From: Auanema rhodensis
Taxonomy: Eukaryota; Animalia; Nematoda
Direction: 5' to 3'
DNA length: 64,000 nt
NCBI GenBank assembly: GCA_964057225.1
Contig: CAXKVF010000081.1
Coordinates: 62,001 to 126,000, forward strand
Of the stretch, positions 1 through 12,000 are shown piece by piece. The position numbers and the translations under genes were made by a program. The notes under the pieces are model-generated. The model saw nothing but the letters and a program-made list of their open reading frames with translations. It was not told the origin of the DNA and did no database searches. Position 1 is the first letter of the stretch. Every line of letters begins with the position of its first letter.

Positions 1-3000
1 AAAACCGCATCTCTTTATCTTTCACGTGAAGCGAGTTACATACCAAGTGCACATCACGTGTACATTTAATTAGCATAAATTAAAGTTCACGTAAATTTCA
101 AAGTCATGGTTACCATGCACCAATATCAATAAAAATCTGTTTTTAGACTAATATGGACATGGGGAATCTAATTTTGAAAACCGCATCTCTTTATCTTTCA
201 CGTGAAGCGAGTTACATACCAAGTGCACATCACGTGTACATTTAATTAGCATAAATTAAAGTTCACGTAAATTTCAAAGTCATGGTTACCATGCACCAAT
301 ATCAATAAAAATTTGTTTTTAGACTAATATGGACATGAGGAATCTAATTTTGAAAACCGCATCTCTTTATCTTTCACGTGAAGCGAGTTACATACCAAGT
401 GCACATCACGTGTACATTTAATTAGCATAAATTATAGTTCACGTAAATTTCAAAGTCATGGTTACCATGCACCAATATCAATAAAAATTTGTTTTTAGAC
501 TAATATGGACATGGGGAATCTAATTTTGAAAACCGCATCTCTTTATCTTTCACGTGAAGCGAGTTACATACCAAGTGCACATCACGTGTACATTTAATTA
601 GCATAAATTAAAGTTCACGTAAATTTCAAAGTCGTGGTTACCATGCACCAATATCAATAAAAATTCGTTTTTAGACTAATATGGACATGGGGAATCTAAC
701 TTTGAAAACCGCATCTCTTTATCTTTCACGTGAAGCGAGTTACATACCAAGTGCACATCACGTGTACATTTAATTAGCATAAATTAAAGTTCACGTAAAT
801 TTCAAAGTCATGGTTACCATGCACCAATATCAATAAAAATTTGTTTTTAGACTAATATGGACATGGGGAATCTAATTTTGAAAACCGCATCTCTTTATCT
901 TTCACGTGAAGCGAGTTACATATCAAGTGCACATCACGTGTACATTTAATTAGCATAAATTAAAGTTCACGTAAATTTCAAAGTCATGGTTACCATTAAC
1001 CAATATCAATAAAAATTTGTTTTTAGACTAATATGGACATGGGGAATCTAATTTTGAAAACCGCATCTCTTTATCTTTCACGTGAAGCGAGTTACATACC
1101 AAGTGCACATCACGTGTACATTTAATTAGCATAAATTAAAGTTCACGTAAATTTCAAAGTCATGGTTACCATGCACCAATATCAATAAAAATCTGTTTTT
1201 AGACTAATATGGACATGGGGAATCTAATTTTGAAAACCGCATCTCTTTATCTTTCACGTGAAGCGAGTTACATACCAAGTGCACATCACGTGTACATTTA
1301 ATTAGCATAAATTAAAGTTCACGTAAATTTCAAAGTCATGGTTACCATGCACCAATATCAATAAAAATTTGTTTTTAGACTAATATGGACATGAGGAATC
1401 TAATTTTGAAAACCGCATCTCTTTATCTTTCACGTGAAGCGAGTTACATACCAAGTGCACATCACGTGTACATTTAATTAGCATAAATTATAGTTCACGT
1501 AAATTTCAAAGTCGTGGTTACCATGCACCAATATCAATAAAAATTCGTTTTTAGACTAATATGGACATGGGGAATCTAACTTTGAAAACCGCATCTCTTT
1601 ATCTTTCACGTGAAGCGAGTTACATACCAAGTGCACATCACGTGTACATTTAATTAGCATAAATTAAAGTTCACGTAAATTTCAAAGTCATGGTTACCAT
1701 GCACCAATATCAATAAAAATTTGTTTTTAGACTAATATGGACATGGGCAATCTAATTTTGTAAACCGCATCTCTTTATCTTTCAAGTGAAGCGAGTTACA
1801 TACCAAGTGCACATCACGTGTACATTTAATTAGCATAAATTAAAGTTCACGTAAATTTCAAAGTCATGGTTACCATGCACCAATATCAATAAAAATTTGT
1901 TTTTAGACTAATATGGACATGGGGAATCTAATTTTGAAAACCGCATCTCTTTATCTTTCACGTGAAGCGAGTTACATATCAAGTGCACATCACGTGTACA
2001 TTTAATTAGCATAAATTAAAGTTCACGTAAATTTCAAAGTCATGGTTACCATTAACCAATATCAATAAAAATTTGTTTTTAGACTAATATGGACATGGGG
2101 AATCTAATTTTGAAAACCGCATCTCTTTATCTTTCACGTGAAGCGAGTTACATACCAAGTGCACATCACGTGTACATTTAATTAGCATAAATTAAAGTTC
2201 ACGTAAATTTCAAAGTCATGGTTACCATGCACCAATATCAATAAAAATCTGTTTTTAGACTAATATGGACATGGGGAATCTAATTTTGAAAACCGCATCT
2301 CTTTATCTTTCACGTGAAGCGAGTTACATACCAAGTGCACATCACGTGTACATTTAATTAGCATAAATTAAAGTTCACGTAAATTTCAAAGTCATGGTTA
2401 CCATGCACCAATATCAATAAAAATTTGTTTTTAGACTAATATGGACATGAGGAATCTAATTTTGAAAACCGCATCTCTTTATCTTTCACGTGAAGCGAGT
2501 TACATACCAAGTGCACATCACGTGTACATTTAATTAGCATAAATTATAGTTCACGTAAATTTCAAAGTCATGGTTACCATGCACCAATATCAATAAAAAT
2601 TTGTTTTTAGACTAATATGGACATGGGGAATCTAATTTTGAAAACCGCATCTCTTTATCTTTCACGTGAAGCGAGTTACATACCAAGTGCACATCACGTG
2701 TACATTTAATTAGCATAAATTAAAGTTCACGTAAATTTCAAAGTCGTGGTTACCATGCACCAATATCAATAAAAATTCGTTTTTAGACTAATATGGACAT
2801 GGGGAATCTAACTTTGAAAACCGCATCTCTTTATCTTTCACGTGAAGCGAGTTACATACCAAGTGCACATCACGTGTACATTTAATTAGCATAAATTAAA
2901 GTTCACGTAAATTTCAAAGTCATGGTTACCATGCACCAATATCAATAAAAATTTGTTTTTAGACTAATATGGACATGGGGAATCTAATTTTGAAAACCGC

Positions 3001-6000
3001 ATCTCTTTATCTTTCACGTGAAGCGAGTTACATATCAAGTGCACATCACGTGTACATTTAATTAGCATAAATTAAAGTTCACGTAAATTTCAAAGTCATG
3101 GTTACCATTAACCAATATCAATAAAAATTTGTTTTTAGACTAATATGGACATGGGGAATCTAATTTTGAAAACCGCATCTCTTTATCTTTCACGTGAAGC
3201 GAGTTACATACCAAGTGCACATCACGTGTACATTTAATTAGCATAAATTAAAGTTCACGTAAATTTCAAAGTCATGGTTACCATGCACCAATATCAATAA
3301 AAATTTGTTTTTAGACTAATATGGACATGAGGAATCTAATTTTGAAAACCGCATCTCTTTATCTTTCACGTGAAGCGAGTTACATACCAAGTGCACATCA
3401 CGTGTACATTTAATTAGCATAAATTATAGTTCACGTAAATTTCAAAGTCATGGTTACCATGCACCAATATCAATAAAAATTTGTTTTTAGACTAATATGG
3501 ACATGGGGAATCTAATTTTGAAAACCGCATCTCTTTATCTTTCACGTGAAGCGAGTTACATACCAAGTGCACATCACGTGTACATTTAATTAGCATAAAT
3601 TATAGTTCACGTAAATTTCAAAGTCATGGTTACCATGCACCAATATCAATAAAAATTTGTTTTTAGACTAATATGGACATGGGGAATCTAATTTTGAAAA
3701 CCGCATCTCTTTATCTTTCACGTGAAGCGAGTTACATACCAAGTGCACATCACGTGTACATTTAATTAGCATAAATTAAAGTTCACGTAAATTTCAAAGT
3801 CGTGGTTACCATGCACCAATATCAATAAAAATTCGTTTTTAGACTAATATGGACATGGGGAATCTAACTTTGAAAACCGCATCTCTTTATCTTTCACGTG
3901 AAGCGAGTTACATACCAAGTGCACATCACGTGTACATTTAATTAGCATAAATTAAAGTTCACGTAAATTTCAAAGTCATGGTTACCATGCACCAATATCA
4001 ATAAAAATTTGTTTTTAGACTAATATGGACATGGGGAATCTAATTTTGAAAACCGCATCTCTTTATCTTTCACGTGAAGCGAGTTACATATCAAGTGCAC
4101 ATCACGTGTACATTTAATTAGCATAAATTAAAGTTCACGTAAATTTCAAAGTCATGGTTACCATTAACCAATATCAATAAAAATTTGTTTTTAGACTAAT
4201 ATGGACATGGGGAATCTAATTTTGAAAACCGCATCTCTTTATCTTTCACGTGAAGCGAGTTACATACCAAGTGCACATCACGTGTACATTTAATTAGCAT
4301 AAATTAAAGTTCACGTAAATTTCAAAGTCATGGTTACCATGCACCAATATCAATAAAAATCTGTTTTTAGACTAATATGGACATGGGGAATCTAATTTTG
4401 AAAACCGCATCTCTTTATCTTTCACGTGAAGCGAGTTACATACCAAGTGCACATCACGTGTACATTTAATTAGCATAAATTAAAGTTCACGTAAATTTCA
4501 AAGTCATGGTTACCATGCACCAATATCAATAAAAATTTGTTTTTAGACTAATATGGACATGAGGAATCTAATTTTGAAAACCGCATCTCTTTATCTTTCA
4601 CGTGAAGCGAGTTACATACCAAGTGCACATCACGTGTACATTTAATTAGCATAAATTATAGTTCACGTAAATTTCAAAGTCATGGTTACCATGCACCAAT
4701 ATCAATAAAAATTTGTTTTTAGACTAATATGGACATGGGGAATCTAATTTTGAAAACCGCATCTCTTTATCTTTCACGTGAAGCGAGTTACATACCAAGT
4801 GCACATCACGTGTACATTTAATTAGCATAAATTAAAGTTCACGTAAATTTCAAAGTCGTGGTTACCATGCACCAATATCAATAAAAATTCGTTTTTAGAC
4901 TAATATGGACATGGGGAATCTAACTTTGAAAACCGCATCTCTTTATCTTTCACGTGAAGCGAGTTACATACCAAGTGCACATCACGTGTACATTTAATTA
5001 GCATAAATTAAAGTTCACGTAAATTTCAAAGTCATGGTTACCATGCACCAATATCAATAAAAATTTGTTTTTAGACTAATATGGACATGGGCAATCTAAT
5101 TTTGTAAACCGCATCTCTTTATCTTTCAAGTGAAGCGAGTTACATACCAAGTGCACATCACGTGTACATTTAATTAGCATAAATTAAAGTTCACGTAAAT
5201 TTCAAAGTCATGGTTACCATGCACCAATATCAATAAAAATTTGTTTTTAGACTAATATGGACATGGGGAATCTAATTTTGAAAACCGCATTTCTTTATCT
5301 TTCACGTGAAGCGAGTTACATATCAAGTGCACATCACGTGTACATTTAATTAGCATAAATTAAAGTTCACGTAAATTTCAAAGTCATGGTTACCATTAAC
5401 CAATATCAATAAAAATTTGTTTTTAGACTAATATGGACATGGGGAATCTAATTTTGAAAACCGCATCTCTTTATCTTTCACGTGAAGCGAGTTACATACC
5501 AAGTGCACATCACGTGTACATTTAATTAGCATAAATTAAAGTTCACGTAAATTTCAAAGTCATGGTTACCATGCACCAATATCAATAAAAATCTGTTTTT
5601 AGACTAATATGGACATGGGGAATCTAATTTTGAAAACCGCATCTCTTTATCTTTCACGTGAAGCGAGTTACATACCAAGTGCACATCACGTGTACATTTA
5701 ATTAGCATAAATTAAAGTTCACGTAAATTTCAAAGTCATGGTTACCATTAACCAATATCAATAAAAATTTGTTTTTAGACTAATATGGACATGGGGAATC
5801 TAATTTTGAAAACCGCATCTCTTTATCTTTCACGTGAAGCGAGTTACATACCAAGTGCACATCACGTGTACATTTAATTAGCATAAATTAAAGTTCACGT
5901 AAATTTCAAAGTCATGGTTACCATGCACCAATATCAATAAAAATCTGTTTTTAGACTAATATGGACATGGGGAATCTAATTTTGAAAACCGCATCTCTTT

Positions 6001-9000
6001 ATCTTTCACGTGAAGCGAGTTACATACCAAGTGCACATCACGTGTACATTTAATTAGCATAAATCAAAGTTCACGTAAATTTCAAAGTCATGGTTACCAT
6101 GCACCAATATCAATAAAAATTTGTTTTTAGACTAATATGGACATGGGGAATCTAATTTTGAAAACCGCATCTCTTTATCTTTCACGTGAAGCGAGTTACA
6201 TATCAAGTGCACATCACGTGTACATTTAATTAGCATAAATTAAAGTTCACGTAAATTTCAAAGTCATGGTTACCATTAACCAATATCAATAAAAATTTGT
6301 TTTTAGACTAATATGGACATGGGGAATCTAATTTTGAAAACCGCATCTCTTTATCTTTCACGTGAAGCGAGTTACATACCAAGTGCACATCACGTGTACA
6401 TTTAATTAGCATAAATTAAAGTTCACGTAAATTTCAAAGTCATGGTTACCATGCACCAATATCAATAAAAATCTGTTTTTAGACTAATATGGACATGGGG
6501 AATCTAATTTTGAAAACCGCATCTCTTTATCTTTCACGTGAAGCGAGTTACATACCAAGTGCACATCACGTGTACATTTAATTAGCATAAATTAAAGTTC
6601 ACGTAAATTTCAAAGTCATGGTTACCATGCACCAATATCAATAAAAATTTGTTTTTAGACTAATATGGACATGGGGAATCTAATTTTGAAAACCGCATCT
6701 CTTTATCTTTCACGTGAAGCGAGTTACATATCAAGTGCACATCACGTGTACATTTAATTAGCATAAATTAAAGTTCACGTAAATTTCAAAGTCATGGTTA
6801 CCATTAACCAATATCAATAAAAATTTGTTTTTAGACTAATATGGACTTGGGGAATCTAATTTTGAAAACCGCATCTCTTTATCTTTCAAGTGAAGCGAGT
6901 TACATACCAAGTGCACATCACGTGTACATTTAATTAGCATAAATTAAAGTTCACGTAAATTTCAAAGTCATGGTTACCATGCACCAATATCAATAAAAAT
7001 TTGTTTTTAGACTAATATGGACATGGGGAATCTAATTTTGAAAACCGCATCTCTTTATCTTTCACGTGAAGCGAGTTACATACCAAGTGCACATCACGTG
7101 TACATTTAATTAGCATAAATTAAAGTTCACGTAAATTTCAAAGTCATGGTTACCATGCACCAATATCAATAAAAATTTGTTTTTAGACTAATATGGACAT
7201 GGGGAATCTAATTTTGAAAACCGCATCTCTTTATCTTTCACGTGAAGCGAGTTCCATACCAAGTGCACATCACGTGTACATTTAATTAGCATAAATTAAA
7301 GTTCACGTAAATTTCAAAGTCATGGTTACCATGCACCAATATCAATAAAAATTTGTTTTTAGACTAATATGGACATGAGGAATCTAATTTTGAAAACCGC
7401 ATCTCTTTATCTTTCACGTGAAGCGAGTTACATACCAAGTGCACATCACGTGTACATTTAATTAGCATAAATTATAGTTCACGTAAATTTCAAAGTCATG
7501 GTTACCATGCACCAATATCAATAAAAATTTGTTTTTAGACTAATATGGACATGGGGAATCTAATTTTGAAAACCGCATCTCTTTATCTTTCACGTGAAGC
7601 GAGTTACATACCAAGTGCACATCACGTGTACATTTAATTAGCATAAATTAAAGTTCACGTAAATTTCAAAGTCGTGGTTACCATGCACCAATATCAATAA
7701 AAATTCGTTTTTAGACTAATATGGACATGGGGAATCTAATTTTGAAAATCGCATCTCTTTATCTTTCACGTGAAGCGAGTTACATACCAAGTGCACATCA
7801 CGTGTACATTTAATTAGCATAAATTAAAGTTCACGTAAATTTCAAAGTCATGGTTACCATGCACCAATATCAATAAAAATCTGTTTTTAGACTAATATGG
7901 ACATGGGGAATCTAATTTTGAAAACCGCATCTCTTTATCTTTCACGTGAAGCGAGTTACATACCAAGTGCACATCACGTGTACATTTAATTAGCATAAAT
8001 TAAAGTTCACGTAAATTTCAAAGTCATGGTTACCATGCACCAATATCAATAAAAATTTGTTTTTAGACTAATATGGACATGGGGAATCTAATTTTGAAAA
8101 CCGCATCTCTTTATCTTTCACGTGAAGCGAGTTACATATCAAGTGCACATCACGTGTACATTTAATTAGCATAAATTAAAGTTCACGTAAATTTCAAAGT
8201 CATGGTTACCATTAACCAATATCAATAAAAATTTGTTTTTAGACTAATATGGACTTGGGGAATCTAATTTTGAAAACCGCATCTCTTTATCTTTCAAGTG
8301 AAGCGAGTTACATACCAAGTGCACATCACGTGTACATTTAATTAGCATAAATTAAAGTTCACGTAAATTTCAAAGTCATGGTTACCATGCACCAATATCA
8401 ATAAAAATTTGTTTTTAGACTAATATGGACATGGGGAATCTAATTTTGAAAACCGCATCTCTTTATCTTTCACGTGAAGCGAGTTACATACCAAGTGCAC
8501 ATCACGTGTACATTTAATTAGCATAAATTAAAGTTCACGTAAATTTCAAAGTCATGGTTACCATGCACCAATATCAATAAAAATTTGTTTTTAGACTAAT
8601 ATGGACATGGGGAATCTAATTTTGAAAACCGCATCTCTTTATCTTTCACGTGAAGCGAGTTCCATACCAAGTGCACATCACGTGTACATTTAATTAGCAT
8701 AAATTAAAGTTCACGTAAATTTCAAAGTCATGGTTACCATGCACCAATATCAATAAAAATTTGTTTTTAGACTAATATGGACATGAGGAATCTAATTTTG
8801 AAAACCGCATCTCTTTATCTTTCACGTGAAGCGAGTTACATACCAAGTGCACATCACGTGTACATTTAATTAGCATAAATTATAGTTCACGTAAATTTCA
8901 AAGTCATGGTTACCATGCACCAATATCAATAAAAATTTGTTTTTAGACTAATATGGACATGGGGAATCTAATTTTGAAAACCGCATCTCTTTATCTTTCA

Positions 9001-12000
9001 CGTGAAGCGAGTTACATACCAAGTGCACATCACGTGTACATTTAATTAGCATAAATTAAAGTTCACGTAAATTTCAAAGTCGTGGTTACCATGCACCAAT
9101 ATCAATAAAAATTCGTTTTTAGACTAATATGGACATGGGGAATCTAACTTTGAAAACCGCATCTCTTTATCTTTCACGTGAAGCGAGTTACATACCAAGT
9201 GCACATCACGTGTACATTTAATTAGCATAAATTAAAGTTCACGTAAATTTCAAAGTCATGGTTACCATGCACCAATATCAATAAAAATTTGTTTTTAGAC
9301 TAATATGGACATGGGGAATCTAATTTTGAAAACCGCATCTCTTTATCTTTCACGTGAAGCGAGTTACATATCAAGTGCACATCACGTGTACATTTAATTA
9401 GCATAAATTAAAGTTCACGTAAATTTCAAAGTCATGGTTACCATTAACCAATATCAATAAAAATTTGTTTTTAGACTAATATGGACATGGGGAATCTAAT
9501 TTTGAAAACCGCATCTCTTTATCTTTCACGTGAAGCGAGTTACATACCAAGTGCACATCACGTGTACATTTAATTAGCATAAATTATAGTTCACGTAAAT
9601 TTCAAAGTCATGGTTACCATTAACCAATATCAATAAAAATTTGTTTTTAGACTAATATGGACATGAGGAATCTAATTTTGAAAACCGCATCTCTTTATCT
9701 TTCACGTGAAGCGAGTTCCATACCAAGTGCACATCACGTGTACATTTAATTAGCATAAATTAAAGTTCACGTAAATTTCAAAGTCATGGTTACCATGCAC
9801 CAATATCAATAAAAATTTGTTTTTAGACTAATATGGACATGGGGAATCTAATTTTGAAAACCGCATCTCTTTATCTTTCACGTGAAGCGAGTTACATATC
9901 AAGTGCACATCACGTGTACATTTAATTAGCATAAATTAAAGTTCACGTAAATTTCAAAGTCGTGGTTACCATGCACCAATATCAATAAAAATTCGTTTTT
10001 AGACTAATATGGACATGGGGAATCTAATTTTGAAAACCGCATCTCTTTATCTTTCACGTGAAGCGAGTTACATACCAAGTGCACATCACGTGTACATTTA
10101 ATTAGCATAAATTAAAGTTCACGTAAATTTCAAAGTCATGGTTACCATGCACCAATATCAATAAAAATCTGTTTTTAGACTAATATGGACATGGGGAATC
10201 TAATTTTGAAAACCGCATCTCTTTATCTTTCACGTGAAGCGAGTTACATACCAAGTGCACATCACGTGTACATTTAATTAGCATAAATTAAAGTTCACGT
10301 AAATTTCAAAGTCATGGTTACCATGCACCAATATCAATAAAAATTTGTTTTTAGACTAATATGGACATGGGGAATCTAATTTTGAAAACCGCATCTCTTT
10401 ATCTTTCACGTGAAGCGAGTTACATATCAAGTGCACATCACGTGTACATTTAATTAGCATAAATTAAAGTTCACGTAAATTTCAAAGTCATGGTTACCAT
10501 TAACCAATATCAATAAAAATTTGTTTTTAGACTAATATGGACTTGGGGAATCTAATTTTGAAAACCGCATCTCTTTATCTTTCAAGTGAAGCGAGTTCCA
10601 TACCAAGTGCACATCACGTGTACATTTAATTAGCATAAATTAAAGTTCACGTAAATTTCAAAGTCATGGTTACCATGCACCAATATCAATAAAAATTTGT
10701 TTTTAGACTAATATGGACTTGGGGAATCTAATTTTGAAAACCGCATCTCTTTATCTTTCACGTGAAGCGAGTTCCATACCAAGTGCACATCACGTGTACA
10801 TTTAATTAGCATAAATTAAAGTTCACGTAAATTTCAAAGTCATGGTTACCATTAACCAATATCAATAAAAATTTGTTTTTAGACTAATATGGACTTGGGG
10901 AATCTAATTTTGAAAACCGCATCTCTTTATCTTTCACGTGAAGCGAGTTACATATCAAGTGCACATCACGTGTACATTTAATTAGCATAAATTAAAGTTC
11001 ACGTAAATTTCAAAGTCATGGTTACCATGCACCAATATCAATAAAAATTTGTTTTTAGACTAATATGGACTTGGGGAATCTAATTTTGAAAACCGCATCT
11101 CTTTATCTTTCACGTGAAGCGAGTTCCATACCAAGTGCACATCACGTGTACATTTAATTAGCATAAATTAAAGTTCACGTAAATTTCAAAGTCATGGTTA
11201 CCATGCACCAATATCAATAAAAATTTGTTTTTAGACTAATATGGACTTGGGGAATCTAATTTTGAAAACCGCATCTCTTTATCTTTCACGTGAAGCGAGT
11301 TACATATCAAGTGCACATCACGTGTACATTTAATTAGCATAAATTAAAGTTCACGTAAATTTCAAAGTCATGGTTACCATTAACCAATATCAATAAAAAT
11401 TTGTTTTTAGACTAATATGGACTTGGGGAATCTAATTTTGAAAACCGCATCTCTTTATCTTTCACGTGAAGCGAGTTCCATACCAAGTGCACATCACGTG
11501 TACATTTAATTAGCATAAATTAAAGTTCACGTAAATTTCAAAGTCATGGTTACCATGCACCAATATCAATAAAAATTTGTTTTTAGACTAATATGGACAT
11601 GAGGAATCTAATTTTGAAAACCGCATCTCTTTATCTTTCACGTGAAGCGAGTTACATACCAAGTGCACATCACGTGTACATTTAATTAGCATAAATTATA
11701 GTTCACGTAAATTTCAAAGTCATGGTTACCATGCACCAATATCAATAAAAATTTGTTTTTAGACTAATATGGACATGGGGAATCTAATTTTGAAAACCGC
11801 ATCTCTTTATCTTTCACGTGAAGCGAGTTACATACCAAGTGCACATCACGTGTACATTTAATTAGCATAAATTAAAGTTCACGTAAATTTCAAAGTCGTG
11901 GTTACCATGCACCAATATCAATAAAAATTCGTTTTTAGACTAATATGGACATGGGGAATCTAACTTTGAAAACCGCATCTCTTTATCTTTCACGTGAAGC

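Noticed and set aside
127-133. AATAAA polyadenylation signal
   Set aside because: The hexamer is expected by chance in AT-rich DNA and there is no transcription unit context.
53-162. Budding-yeast point-centromere layout (CDEI ATCACGTG, 77 bp, then TGTTTTT resembling the start of CDEIII)
   Set aside because: The spacer is far less AT-rich than CDEII (normally above 90%), the essential CCG of CDEIII is absent, and point centromeres are not tandemly arrayed.
1-176. Assignment to a named satellite of similar length (Brassica CentBr 176 bp, Arabidopsis CEN178, honeybee AluI 176 bp, primate alpha satellite)
   Set aside because: I recognise no sequence match, and the consensus lacks AGCT/AAGCTT sites. 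Length alone is not diagnostic; a BLAST or Dfam search is needed.
1-176. 5S rRNA, tRNA, snRNA or spliced-leader tandem gene unit
   Set aside because: There are no recognisable conserved RNA motifs, cloverleaf or Pol III internal boxes.
1-528. Repetitive protein-coding ORF
   Set aside because: 176 is not a multiple of 3, so any long frame would cycle through all three frames, and both strands contain multiple TAA/TAG/TGA codons (for example in TTTAATTAGCATAAATTAAA). Only short ORFs are possible.
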